Shown: positions 10,787 through 20,729, counted from the first letter of the stretch. The stretch is 57,698 nt of DNA from a candidate division TA06 bacterium (GCA_016208585.1 JACQXR010000004.1:1-57698), one strand, 5' to 3'. A program made the numbers and translations. The notes: a model not told the origin generated them from the sequence alone.

Positions 10787-12367
10787 ATGCGGCTAAGCGT
10801 AAAGTTCCCCAGATATTTAGTCCTGGGGATAATATTGCTGATAGGGCTGATGCTGAGGGCAGAGGGCCTGAAGTGGGGGATTCCCAAAGCTCCTTACTGG
10901 AAGGCGTATCATCCGGACGAAAGAGTGGCCTTTGCCAACCTATTGGTTATGACCACTTCCGGGGGAAAGCTCAATCCCCATTATTTTGTAAATCCCACCT
11001 TTCATTACTACCTGATAGGTTCGGTTTGGTGGGTCGCGAAAACTGCAAAGATTGTTCCATCATTTAAGGATATAATAGATGAAACTCCATCGGTAACCCT
11101 GGAGGATGTAACCAATATCTGGCTAATAGCCAGGTCAATAAGCGTGGCTTTGGGTGTCCTTACGATATTACTGACATATCTTTTAGGCTTGGAGATATTT
11201 AAAAGCGAAACCTATGCCGTTGCCGGGGCTTGGCTGGCGTCTGTAATGCCGACATTAGTGGTGCAGTCCCATTATCTGACGGTGGACGGTCCGGTGGGGT
11301 TTTGGTTTTTGGCGGCGCTGCTTTTGATAATCAGGGCTTTCAGAGACAATAAGTTTTGGCTGTGGATGGCGGCCGGTTTGGTATCGGGACTTTCGGTGGC
11401 TACCAAATACAACGCCCTGTTGGGAATAATATTTGTTTTTACCGTTTTTTTAGTCCGGCAAAAATCAAGCCGGGCCGGGCAGATAGCAAAAGCGCGGATC
11501 AAGGTGGCGATCTTTGCCGGAGGTCTCAGCGCTGGATTTTTATTGGGATGCCCATATTCGGTGTTGTCTTTCGGCGAGTGGAAGAATGGCATCAATGGTT
11601 TGCTTTATTATAACGATTTTGCCACAGATTGGCTCTATCCCTGGCTGCAAACCAGTCGCTATTCCTTGGGTTGGCCTGGCTGGGTACTGTTTCTGGCCTC
11701 TTTGTTTTCGATCTTTATAAAACCCGATAAATGGAGGACGGTCCTGGGCGCGGGCATAATTCCGTATTTTATAATTTACGGTTATAAGGCATCACCCTAC
11801 ATGAGGCACATGGTGCTTATTATTCCTCTGATGATACTGCTGATCATTTATGCCCTAATGAAAGCCGGGGGATATTTCTGGCATCGCAGCTTCAAATTAA
11901 TAGTTGGCGGACTTATCTTTCTAACATCCAGTTACGCTTTGGCCAACAGCCTGGCCTGGGTGAAAGTAATGTCGGGCCAGGATACCAGGGAGGAAGCGGC
12001 TGAGTACATCAAACAGAACATACCGTTGGGATCCAATATCGGACTGGCCGGCAGGTACTGGTTCTACACCCCGCCGTTGGAGGAGAGTGAATATAACCTG
12101 ATTCGTCTTGAATACCAGCCGGCTATATTGGGCAACTTTTATCCCCCGCTGGTCATCATAAGTGAATATGAGTCCAAACAATACGCCTTCTGCCGGGTGG
12201 CTCCCGAAATAAGGAACGATTTCTTCAAGATGCTCAAACAACATTACCGGGTAAACCGGGTATTTAAAAAGGTTCCGCAGTGTTGCGGAATAAAATTCGA
12301 AGGCTATCCTCTGGCTGATTGGAATTATTTCTACCCCGAGATAACTATTTACGAAAGGTCCTTTTAA
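10787..12367 (+). CDS. Polytopic membrane glycosyltransferase, GT-C fold (ArnT / PMT_2 / GT39-like)
   Basis: About 11 or more hydrophobic helices in the first ~400 aa, then a soluble C-terminal domain. An early loop reads YHPDERVAF. Its position next to polyprenyl-phosphate-type GT2 genes fits the call, which rests on architecture only. Confidence 0.55.
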   Translation: MRLSVKFPRYLVLGIILLIGLMLRAEGLKWGIPKAPYWKAYHPDERVAFANLLVMTTSGGKLNPHYFVNPTFHYYLIGSVWWVAKTAKIVPSFKDIIDETPSVTLEDVTNIWLIARSISVALGVLTILLTYLLGLEIFKSETYAVAGAWLASVMPTLVVQSHYLTVDGPVGFWFLAALLLIIRAFRDNKFWLWMAAGLVSGLSVATKYNALLGIIFVFTVFLVRQKSSRAGQIAKARIKVAIFAGGLSAGFLLGCPYSVLSFGEWKNGINGLLYYNDFATDWLYPWLQTSRYSLGWPGWVLFLASLFSIFIKPDKWRTVLGAGIIPYFIIYGYKASPYMRHMVLIIPLMILLIIYALMKAGGYFWHRSFKLIVGGLIFLTSSYALANSLAWVKVMSGQDTREEAAEYIKQNIPLGSNIGLAGRYWFYTPPLEESEYNLIRLEYQPAILGNFYPPLVIISEYESKQYAFCRVAPEIRNDFFKMLKQHYRVNRVFKKVPQCCGIKFEGYPLADWNYFYPEITIYERSF

Positions 12368-13050
12368 TGAAACTTTCCGTGATCATGCCGGTCTACAACG
12401 AAAAGGCCACCATCGAAAAGATCATCTCCCGGGTGCTGGCAGTTCCGGTCGAAAAGGAACTGGTGATAGTGGACGACCATTCCACCGACGGCACCAGGGA
12501 CATCCTGAAAACCTTTGAAGGCAAACCCAGCATCAAGATATCCTATCATCCCTACAATCTGGGCAAGGGGGCTGGGATCCGCACCGGAATCCGGGAATGC
12601 ACCGGGGACATAGTGATCATCCAGGATGCCGATCTGGAGTATTCCCCCGAAGAATATCCCAAGCTGATCGAGCCCATCGTGCGGGGCGCAGCCGACGTGG
12701 TCTACGGCTCACGATTCTACGGCACCCACCGGGTTTTCATGGTCTGGCATTACCTGGGGAACAAGTTCCTGACGGCTTTTACCAATGTCCTGTATAACAC
12801 CATGCTGACCGATATGGAGACCTGCTATAAGGTTTTCCGGGCCGAGGTGCTGAAAAATCTGGAACTGAAATCCAACCGTTTTGACATCGAGCCGGAGATC
12901 ACCGCTAAAATATTTAAGAACCGTAAACTCAGGGTCTATGAGATGCCCATTACCTACGACGGGCGGGATTACGACGAAGGCAAGAAGATCACCTGGCTGG
13001 ACGCCCTGCCTGCCATCTGGACCCTGATCAAATACCGGTTCACAGATTGA
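12367..13050 (+). CDS. Family 2 glycosyltransferase (Dpm1 / polyprenyl-phosphate sugar synthase-like)
   Basis: MKLSVIMPVYNE, VDDHSTDGT and IIQDADLEY (DxD). The ATG at 12367 overlaps the upstream TAA (taATG). Confidence 0.8.
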   Translation: MKLSVIMPVYNEKATIEKIISRVLAVPVEKELVIVDDHSTDGTRDILKTFEGKPSIKISYHPYNLGKGAGIRTGIRECTGDIVIIQDADLEYSPEEYPKLIEPIVRGAADVVYGSRFYGTHRVFMVWHYLGNKFLTAFTNVLYNTMLTDMETCYKVFRAEVLKNLELKSNRFDIEPEITAKIFKNRKLRVYEMPITYDGRDYDEGKKITWLDALPAIWTLIKYRFTD

Positions 13051-14651
13051 TGGGCAAAAATAAAAAAATATCACCCCAAAACGAAGCAACAAACCGCCAG
13101 GGTTTTGATCTGCCGGGCTGGGCGGAAAAACATTCACAATGGCGATTGATTTCCGTGTTGGCGTTGTTCGTCGTCCTTTCGCTGCTGCTGTTTGATCCCA
13201 AGCCGTTCGTGGGCGGGGATAATGCGGCCTATGTGTCGCTGTCAAAATCGCTGGCCCAGGGCAAGGGACTGACCGAGGTCTGGACGCCGGAGGGGAAGCC
13301 CCATACCCAGTATCCCTTCGGCTTTCCGCTGCTGCTGGCCCCGGTCTCACTTTTGAAACTGCCGTATGCCTGGTACAAGCTGATCCCCTGGCTGTCGGGG
13401 CTGTTGTCCCTGCTGGCTTTCGGGTTGCTGGTCAGGGATGACAAAAAAGTTCTTTATGCACTGCCGGTTTTCCTGCTGGCAATAAATCCGTATTTCCTGG
13501 AATATACCCATTGGGTGCTTTCCGAACTGCCGTTCACGTTTTTTGTTTTGCTGACCTTCCTGCTGTTGAAACGTTGGGAAGACAAAGGGGGGCATCTATG
13601 GCTGGCGGGGGCCATTCTGTCCTCGGTCTTCGCCAATCATACCCGCAGCGCAGGGATCGCATTGTATCTGGGGATCTTCCTGTACCTGCTTTTCAAGAGG
13701 AAGTTCAAAGCATCGGCGGTATTCATTGGCGGGTGCATCGCGCTGACCCTGCCCTGGGCCCTGCGGAACAGCCATTACGGGACCTCCGGCGGATACCTGG
13801 ACCAGTTTTTGATGCGCGATCCTTATCAGCCGGAATCGGGCTTTTTGGGGATCGGTGGGTTGGTCCAGAGATTTTTTGCCAACGGCAAAATATATTTTTC
13901 CAATATGATGCCCCAGATGCTGTTTCCGGCGGCCGATGACTGGGGACTATCCGGCGGCCGGGCGATCATAACCCTGCTGGCTGTGGTTCCGTCAATTACT
14001 GTCCTTATAGCCAGGGTCGTCAGAAGTCCCAAAGGATACGACGGGTTCGTCCTTATCTATCTTGGCATGTCCCTACTGTGGCCGGAAACCTGGTCAGACA
14101 TTCGCTTTCTGCTGCCGCTGCTGCCGTTCTTGTTGTTTTATATGGTCCAGGCTTATCGCTATCTCCTTACCCGCCTATTCAAAGAAAAGGCACTATGGCC
14201 GGCAGTGATAATGATTCTGCTTGTTGCTGCAGCCAATGTCTCATCCGGTTGGAACAAGATAGCCAGCAATCTGGAGGCTGGGAAATATTACTCCCGGGAT
14301 AAATATTCCGGGTACGACCCGGCCTGGCGCAGTTTTTTTGCGGCGGCGGAATGGATCAAAGATAATACGCCGGAGACCAGCGCGGTAGTTTCCCGCAAGC
14401 CATCTTTGTTCTATTTATCATCCAACCGGAAATCTTATTGTTATCCCTTTACCGCCAACCGGGACTCGGTGCTTAAGGAAATAGACCGGGCCGACTATAT
14501 TATGGTGGAGCCGGTCAGCGGCACCGGGCAGAAATATCTAATACCGGTGGTCCAGCCGTTATTGGATAAAAAATTCAAAATAATATATGCCAACGGAAAT
14601 CCGCCAACCTATGTGTTGCAGGTTGTAAAGGAGATTGAAAATGCCAGATAA
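13050..14651 (+). CDS. Second polytopic GT-C-type (ArnT-like) membrane glycosyltransferase
   Basis: Multiple TM helices, an early periplasmic loop GGDNAAYVSLSKSLAQGKG, and a soluble C-terminal domain. The ATG overlaps the upstream TGA. The call rests on architecture only. Confidence 0.55.
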   Translation: MGKNKKISPQNEATNRQGFDLPGWAEKHSQWRLISVLALFVVLSLLLFDPKPFVGGDNAAYVSLSKSLAQGKGLTEVWTPEGKPHTQYPFGFPLLLAPVSLLKLPYAWYKLIPWLSGLLSLLAFGLLVRDDKKVLYALPVFLLAINPYFLEYTHWVLSELPFTFFVLLTFLLLKRWEDKGGHLWLAGAILSSVFANHTRSAGIALYLGIFLYLLFKRKFKASAVFIGGCIALTLPWALRNSHYGTSGGYLDQFLMRDPYQPESGFLGIGGLVQRFFANGKIYFSNMMPQMLFPAADDWGLSGGRAIITLLAVVPSITVLIARVVRSPKGYDGFVLIYLGMSLLWPETWSDIRFLLPLLPFLLFYMVQAYRYLLTRLFKEKALWPAVIMILLVAAANVSSGWNKIASNLEAGKYYSRDKYSGYDPAWRSFFAAAEWIKDNTPETSAVVSRKPSLFYLSSNRKSYCYPFTANRDSVLKEIDRADYIMVEPVSGTGQKYLIPVVQPLLDKKFKIIYANGNPPTYVLQVVKEIENAR

Positions 14652-15600
14652 AATCAACCTCTCGGTGGTCATTCCGGTTTACAACGAGGAAGAGAACATT
14701 GCCGAGCTCTCGGCGCGGTTAACCACGGTCTGTCGGGGCCTTGGTAAAAGCTACGAAATCCTTTATGTGGATGATGGAAGCAAGGACGGTACCCTTGAGG
14801 CGATCAAAAAAGCCAAGTTGAAGGATAAGAACATCTATGCTATCCGTCTGGCTAAGAATTTTGGTAAAGCCGGGGCTTATGGAGCCGGTTTCCACGCGGC
14901 CCAGGGCGATATCATAATTACCATGGACGGGGATCTTCAGGATCGGCCCGAGCAAATCCCAGATTTTCTTAAGAGAATAGATGAAGGATACGATCTGGTA
15001 ACCGGATGGAAATATACCGGAAAAGGGAAAAGGGCTGTATCCTCAAAACTCTTTAATTCTTGGGTGCAAAGGCTCACTAAACTTAAAGATATTCACGATA
15101 CCAATTGTCCCTTCAAGGCGTACCGGGCAGAAATTGTCAGTAGCCGCGAGGAGAACAAGCACGCCGGTTTGTGGATCTATGGCAACTTATACCGTTTCAT
15201 ACCTGCGATGGCATTCTGGAAGGGTTACCGGGTAACCGAGATCAAGGTTGAGAATGATCCACGCCGCCACGGGCAGACGAAATATGGACCTGCCCGGTTT
15301 GTCGGCGGGTTTTTGGATCTGTTGACTGTGATATTTTTGACCCAATATATCAAAAGACCGATGTACTTTTTTGCGGTGTTAGGCCTGCCCATGATTCTGA
15401 CGGGTATATTACTAGATTCAGTCATAGTAATTTGGGGCCTGGTAGAGGATGGGCGGGTGGGACATTTTGCGCTTTTGATATTGGGTCTGGTAGCGGTAAT
15501 AATCGGCATTCAGTTTATTTTTACAGGGTTGCTGGCCGAAATGATAGTTCGTTTGCATCAAGAACAACGCAGGGATATTCCAATTTTTATAAAATACTAA
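14641..15600 (+). CDS. GT2 polyprenyl-phosphate glycosyltransferase with C-terminal TM helices (GtrB/ArnC-like)
   Basis: LSVVIPVYNEEENI, VDDGSKDGT and TMDGDLQD, with two C-terminal TM helices. RBS aaggag (14628-14633) lies 7 nt before ATG 14641. Confidence 0.8.
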   Translation: MPDKINLSVVIPVYNEEENIAELSARLTTVCRGLGKSYEILYVDDGSKDGTLEAIKKAKLKDKNIYAIRLAKNFGKAGAYGAGFHAAQGDIIITMDGDLQDRPEQIPDFLKRIDEGYDLVTGWKYTGKGKRAVSSKLFNSWVQRLTKLKDIHDTNCPFKAYRAEIVSSREENKHAGLWIYGNLYRFIPAMAFWKGYRVTEIKVENDPRRHGQTKYGPARFVGGFLDLLTVIFLTQYIKRPMYFFAVLGLPMILTGILLDSVIVIWGLVEDGRVGHFALLILGLVAVIIGIQFIFTGLLAEMIVRLHQEQRRDIPIFIKY

Positions 15601-15611
15601 AGACTTTACAT

Positions 15612-16781
15612 TTGGACAAAAAGAAAAATATCATAATCCTGGGTTCCACCGGGTCCATTGGCACTCAGACCATCGAGGTCATAGCCAAACATCCGCAGCT
15701 TTTCAAAATTGTGGGGTTGGCGGCCAATTCGCGTTTTGATCTTTTGGCCCGGCAGATAAAACAATTCAAGCCCCAAATGGTCTGTATCGGCGACAAGGCA
15801 GCCGGCCTGGCGGAGATTGACGGGCCGGGTTCCAAATTCAAGTTGGTCAGAGGCCCGGAAGGCTTAAAAATACTGGCTTCCCTGCCCGGGGCCGACATGG
15901 TGGTCAACGCCCTGGTGGGCTCGGCCGGGCTGGAGCCGACCCTGGCCGCCGTCAAGGCAGGGCACGACGTGGCCCTGGCCAACAAGGAGACCCTGGTAGC
16001 CGGCGGACAACTGGTGATGCCGGCGGTGAAAAAGAATAAGGTACGTCTGCTTCCCATTGACAGCGAGCACGTGGCCCTGCACCAATGCCTGGAAGGGCGG
16101 GATCCGGCCACCGTTAAAAACCTGATACTGACGGCCTCGGGCGGGCCGTTCCGCAATCACAGCCTCAAGCAGCTTGACAGGGTCAAGGCCCGGCACGCCC
16201 TGAACCACCCCACCTGGTCCATGGGTAAAAAAGTGACCATCGATTCGGCCACCCTGATGAACAAAGGGTTGGAGATGATCGAGGCCCATTACCTGTTCGG
16301 CCTCCCGCCGGAACGGATAAAAATAGTCATCCACCCCGAATCCATAATCCACTCCATGGTGGAGTTCAGCGACGGCTCCATTATCGCCTATCTCTCCACC
16401 CCGGACATGCGGCTGCCGATCCAGTACGCCCTGACCCATCCTCAACGCCTGCCGTCATTAGTCAAGGAATGCCAGCTGGATGAATTGCCAAAGCTTACCT
16501 TCCATAAGCCGGACCGGATGACCTTCAAATGCTTAGGCCTGGCCTATCTGGCGATAAAACGGGGGGGGATCATTCCGGCAGTGATGAATGCGGCCAATGA
16601 AGCGGCGGTGCAGGCCTTTTTGGAAGGGCGGATAAAATTCCTGCAGATCCCGGGTTTGATCGCCGGAGTGATGAATAAATTCAAGGCGACCGGGGTCAGG
16701 CAGATATCCGACGTCACTTCAGCCGGCCAGTCCGCCCGACGGCTGTCGGAAAATATTTTAAAGTCATTTCAGCGCGAATAA
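15612..16781 (+). CDS. dxr: 1-deoxy-D-xylulose 5-phosphate reductoisomerase
   Basis: GSTGSIGTQT, LANKETLV, IDSEH and NHPTWSMGKKVTIDSATLMNKGLE. The listed ORF start (15432) overlaps the previous gene. The in-frame TTG at 15612 gives a normal-length protein. Confidence 0.9.
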   Translation: MDKKKNIIILGSTGSIGTQTIEVIAKHPQLFKIVGLAANSRFDLLARQIKQFKPQMVCIGDKAAGLAEIDGPGSKFKLVRGPEGLKILASLPGADMVVNALVGSAGLEPTLAAVKAGHDVALANKETLVAGGQLVMPAVKKNKVRLLPIDSEHVALHQCLEGRDPATVKNLILTASGGPFRNHSLKQLDRVKARHALNHPTWSMGKKVTIDSATLMNKGLEMIEAHYLFGLPPERIKIVIHPESIIHSMVEFSDGSIIAYLSTPDMRLPIQYALTHPQRLPSLVKECQLDELPKLTFHKPDRMTFKCLGLAYLAIKRGGIIPAVMNAANEAAVQAFLEGRIKFLQIPGLIAGVMNKFKATGVRQISDVTSAGQSARRLSENILKSFQRE

Positions 16782-16928
16782 AGCGCAAATAAAGATTGAC
16801 AACCTGGCCGCCGGTCTGTTATTCTTCGATGTTCCAAGCGATACCCCATTCGTAGTATGGCTGGCTGAAAAACACCAAACGAAGAGGCCGGAAGGTCCGC
16901 TAAAACAACTCCAAAATTTCTTCTGATT

Positions 16929-17612
16929 ATGAATTTGAAAATATTTGAATATATCCTGATAATTCCTCCGGTGCTGTTCGCCATCACCATTCACGAAGTG
17001 GCCCATGGGTTCATCGCTTTTAAACGGGGGGATCACACCGCTTTTTTAATGGGACGGCTCAATCTGAATCCCCTGAAGCACCTGGATCTTTTCGGAAGTT
17101 TTATCTTCCCGGCCATGCTGATATTCTTCAAGGCTCCTTTTGTGTTTGGCTGGGCCAAGCCGGTGCCGGTCAATTTTTTCGCCTTAAAGAACCCCAAGCG
17201 GGACATGATCTGGGTATCGGCGGCCGGACCCGGCAGCAACCTGCTGGTGGCCGCAGCGGCCGGTCTTTTCTTCCGGTTGCTATATCCCTTTTATGGGGGG
17301 CCGGAAACGCTGCTGCACCCGGTGCTGGTGATCCTGTTTTATTTTATCTTGATAGATACGGCTTTAGCCGTATTCAACCTGATTCCCATCCCGCCCCTGG
17401 ACGGTTCTAAGATCCTGGCCGGACTGTTGCCCGGGCCTCTTTCGGCAAAATACTTAAGACTGGAAAAATACGGGATGTTCATCTTTATGGCGCTAATAAT
17501 CATCATCCAGCTGACCCGGATCAATTTTCTTTCCTATGCGCTGGCCCGGCCGGTGGTCCTCATTTCTCAATTCTTCGGGGGGCCGGAGCTGTTCCAGTTT
17601 ATGCCCAGGTAA
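16929..17612 (+). CDS. Site-2 protease family (M50) membrane metalloprotease
   Basis: HEVAHG (HExxH) in the first TM region, a multi-pass hydrophobic profile, and NLIPIPPLDGSKI (the LDG motif). Confidence 0.8.
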   Translation: MNLKIFEYILIIPPVLFAITIHEVAHGFIAFKRGDHTAFLMGRLNLNPLKHLDLFGSFIFPAMLIFFKAPFVFGWAKPVPVNFFALKNPKRDMIWVSAAGPGSNLLVAAAAGLFFRLLYPFYGGPETLLHPVLVILFYFILIDTALAVFNLIPIPPLDGSKILAGLLPGPLSAKYLRLEKYGMFIFMALIIIIQLTRINFLSYALARPVVLISQFFGGPELFQFMPR

Positions 17613-17641
17613 AAGCATCGGCAACTCAATAAAAAACAAAG

Positions 17642-19357
17642 ATGCAGAATTTCAGCGACAAACACTACCCGGTGCGGGAAGGGCTGGGCCTGATCACCAT
17701 CAAGGGGATGCTGGCCCGTTCGGCCGGGCTGTACCCTTACAAGACCGCCCTCCAGATCAAGCGGGGCAACGAGTTTTATAAGGTCACTTACCGCGAGCTC
17801 AAGGAACGGGCGGATCAATTGTCGGCCGGGTTGGGAAAGAAAGGGATCAAGTTTGGCGACCGGGTGGCCTTGATCGGCGAGAACTGCCCGGAGTGGGTGG
17901 AGGGCTATATGGCCCTGGCCAGCCTGGGTGCGGTGATCGTGCCTTTGGACACCCAGCTTAAGGCCCAGGAGATCCGGCACATCCTGACCGATTCCGAAGC
18001 CGTGGCCCTGCTGGCCTCCAATAATTTCAAGGAAGCGGCGGACGAGGCAACCAGCAAACTTTCCAGTCTGAAACATCAGTTCTCCCTGAACAACCTCCCG
18101 GCCCTTTACGAAACGCCCGAACCCAAGGGGCTTAAGCGACAGGTCCAGCTGGACGATCTGGCGGCCATCATCTACACCTCCGGCACCACCGGGCAGTCCA
18201 AGGGCGTGATGCTCAGCCACAAGAACATCATGTCCGACGTGGACGGAAGTTACCAGATATTCCATTATGATCATCACGACAATTTCATTTCAGTGCTGCC
18301 TCTTCATCACACTTTCGAGGCCACCTGCGGGATGCTGGTGCCCATGTATGTGGGGGCCACCATCACCTACGCCCAATCGCTGAAATCTCGGGACATCATC
18401 AACGACATCCGGGACAGCCAGGCCACCATGATGGTGGGGGTCCCGCTGTTGTTCGAGAAGATGTACCAGGGGATCATCCGGGCGGTAAAGGAAAAGCCGC
18501 TTTTGACCCGGATGGCCTTTTCCACCTCAAACGGCATAGTCAAATCCATCAAGACCATTACCGGGAAAAGGGCCGGGGGCAAGGTGTTCCAGTCGCTGCG
18601 GGAGAAGGCCGGCCTGTCCACCCTCAGGCTTTTCGTCTCGGGCGGGGCGGCCCTGAACGTGGAAGTGGGCAAGGGCTTTGAGACCTTGGGTTTCGAATTG
18701 ATCCAAGGCTATGGTTTGACCGAATCATCTCCGGTGCTGACCATCAATACCATCAAGAATCCGGATCACGCCTCGGTGGGCCCGCCCATTTCCTGCGTGG
18801 AGCTGAAGATCACAGACCCCGACGGCAGCGGCATCGGCGAAATAGCCGCCAGGGGCCCCAATGTGATGCTGGGCTATTACAAGAACCCCAAGGCCACCGA
18901 AGCGGTGATGAAAGACGGTTGGCTGCTAACTGGTGACCTGGGTTACATCGACAAACGGGGCTGCCTTTATATCACCGGACGGGCCAAGAATCTGATAGTC
19001 TCGGCGGCCGGAAAAAACATCTATCCCGAAGGGATAGAGGCCCAGCTATTGAACAGTCCTTTCATTACCGAAGTTCTGGTGATCGGAGAAAAGAACCCCC
19101 AGACCGAACGGGAGGAGGTCCACGCCATCATTTATCCCAATTACGAGGCCTTTGACGAATATGCGGGCAAGCACAAGCTTACCCTGGACACGGCCCAGAT
19201 AGAGAAGATTTTAAAGGAAGAGGTCAGGCGCCAGTGCGGGCACCTGGCCGATTACAAGCGGGTTAAGCATTTTTCCCTCCGGGAGGAGGAGTTTCCCAAG
19301 ACCACCACCCGTAAGATCAAGCGTTATCTATTCGTCGGCAAGAAGGTCAATGTTTAA
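17642..19357 (+). CDS. Long-chain fatty acid-CoA ligase (AMP-forming adenylate-forming enzyme)
   Basis: AMP-binding signature YTSGTTGQSKGV, plus GYGLTE, TGDLGYIDKRG and C-terminal TRKIKR. Confidence 0.85.
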   Translation: MQNFSDKHYPVREGLGLITIKGMLARSAGLYPYKTALQIKRGNEFYKVTYRELKERADQLSAGLGKKGIKFGDRVALIGENCPEWVEGYMALASLGAVIVPLDTQLKAQEIRHILTDSEAVALLASNNFKEAADEATSKLSSLKHQFSLNNLPALYETPEPKGLKRQVQLDDLAAIIYTSGTTGQSKGVMLSHKNIMSDVDGSYQIFHYDHHDNFISVLPLHHTFEATCGMLVPMYVGATITYAQSLKSRDIINDIRDSQATMMVGVPLLFEKMYQGIIRAVKEKPLLTRMAFSTSNGIVKSIKTITGKRAGGKVFQSLREKAGLSTLRLFVSGGAALNVEVGKGFETLGFELIQGYGLTESSPVLTINTIKNPDHASVGPPISCVELKITDPDGSGIGEIAARGPNVMLGYYKNPKATEAVMKDGWLLTGDLGYIDKRGCLYITGRAKNLIVSAAGKNIYPEGIEAQLLNSPFITEVLVIGEKNPQTEREEVHAIIYPNYEAFDEYAGKHKLTLDTAQIEKILKEEVRRQCGHLADYKRVKHFSLREEEFPKTTTRKIKRYLFVGKKVNV

Positions 19358-19467
19358 TACCATCATGGAAATTTGAAAGGCCCAGGTCGGCAGGGCCATC
19401 GACGCGGTCCTGCAGTGGCAGGAAGTGGCGGGGTGAGGTAATTTTGTCAGTGAAAGGAGTTAATATC

Positions 19468-19965
19468 ATGGTTGACCGCGAACTTAAACTCACGCAATCT
19501 TTTCTCGATTCATTGATCATCTGCCCAAAAGAAATCATAGAACCGCCGAAAAAGGAAATGCAACTGTTGAACGGTTCTTGGCGCAATAGCATGAAGCTAA
19601 AATCGAAAGACGGGAAGCATGAATTTACTGTATTCATGAGGAAAAACGAAGCGTTTGAAGAAGATTTTTCCATCGGTTTAGTCTACCATACGAAAGAGAA
19701 AATTGGAGACATCATACTTGCACGATACAACGGACCCCATGACGTAGTTGAAGATTTGGAATCTGTCCCCCATTTTGGTTATCATATACACACTGGAAAG
19801 GCTGAAAATATTGAAAAGGGTATGAAGCCGGAACGGGGTGGCCTTTTGACGAAAAAATACGCAAGCTACCAGGAAGCCTTGATGTGCGCATTGGCTGATT
19901 TTCACATAACCAACGCTGGCGAGCATTTCCCAACCTACCAAAGCCCAACACTGTTTGGTGAATGA
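19468..19965 (+). CDS. Hypothetical protein (165 aa), first gene of the AT-rich island
   Basis: RBS aaaggag lies 8 nt before ATG 19468. The stop overlaps the next start. I cannot assign a family. There is a His-rich patch, RYNGPHDVVEDLESVPHFGYHIHTG. Confidence 0.65.
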   Translation: MVDRELKLTQSFLDSLIICPKEIIEPPKKEMQLLNGSWRNSMKLKSKDGKHEFTVFMRKNEAFEEDFSIGLVYHTKEKIGDIILARYNGPHDVVEDLESVPHFGYHIHTGKAENIEKGMKPERGGLLTKKYASYQEALMCALADFHITNAGEHFPTYQSPTLFGE

Positions 19966-20729
19966 AAATGGATTACCTAAGTCTGCTCAAAGAACAATTA
20001 AACGGCCGGATTGCATTCCGGGAAAAACGGCCAGGAATAAACCAACTGCTGGCCCCGTTCTATCATGAAGATGGAGACATGATGGAATTGTACCTTGAGG
20101 CCTCAAAGGTTAATGGCGGAAAAATCCGTGTTTGTGATCATGGCATGACCCTGATGCGCCTTTCGTATTCTTTTGAGTTAGATACAGAAAACAAACAACG
20201 CATATTCAACAAAATATTGACGGAAAACCAGGTTGGCGTGGAAAACGGGAATATATATTTGGAAACTTCTCCGGAGGCGATATACCCGGCTGTCATGCAG
20301 TTCGTGCAGGCAATAGCCAAGGTCAGCAACATGAGAATATACAAGCGCGAGGTAATACAAAGCCTGTTTTACGAGATGCTGGAGGAATTCATCGAGGAAA
20401 AACTGGCAAAATATAATCCAAGTTCAAAAGTATTCCCGATTGAGGACCGTGACGACCTGGAGGTGGATTTCGCCTTCGAGATATCGCCTCGCCCAATATA
20501 CTTATTCGGCGTTAAGGACACCTCCAAAGCGCGTCTGGTCACCATTTCCTGCCTGGAGTTCCAAAAGAAAAAGCTGCCTTTTAAAAGTTATATTGTTCAC
20601 GAAGACTTTGAAGAGCTGCCTAAAAAGGACAGAACAAGAATAACAAGTGCAGCAGATAAACAGTTTCCATCTTTAGATGATTTTAGGTTAAATGCAGAAT
20701 CGTATATTGAACGTGATAAAGCTGCATAA
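19962..20729 (+). CDS. Hypothetical protein resembling the DUF1828 + DUF1829 two-domain family
   Basis: The N-lobe reads LLAPFYHEDGDMMELYLE..GGKIRVCDHGMTLMRL. The C-lobe reads DLEVDFAFEISPRPIYLFGVKDTSKARLV..FQ. Recognised from memory of the family pattern only. ATGA overlap with the upstream ORF. Confidence 0.5.
   Translation: MKMDYLSLLKEQLNGRIAFREKRPGINQLLAPFYHEDGDMMELYLEASKVNGGKIRVCDHGMTLMRLSYSFELDTENKQRIFNKILTENQVGVENGNIYLETSPEAIYPAVMQFVQAIAKVSNMRIYKREVIQSLFYEMLEEFIEEKLAKYNPSSKVFPIEDRDDLEVDFAFEISPRPIYLFGVKDTSKARLVTISCLEFQKKKLPFKSYIVHEDFEELPKKDRTRITSAADKQFPSLDDFRLNAESYIERDKAA

Noticed and set aside
16795-16826. TTGACA with a weak TATTCT at 18 nt, considered as a promoter for the M50 protease gene
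   Set aside because: The -10 element is poor and lies more than 100 nt from the start codon. It is plausible but not supportable from the sequence alone.
17567-18277. 236-aa ORF antisense to the acyl-CoA ligase gene
   Set aside because: It is a shadow ORF. The sense strand carries the AMP-binding signature.
19468-19965. Possible TumE/DUF6516-like identity of ORF-A, based on the RYNGPH..H.H patch
   Set aside because: The resemblance is limited to a few residues recalled from memory and the spacing does not fit well. It is too weak to call without a profile search.
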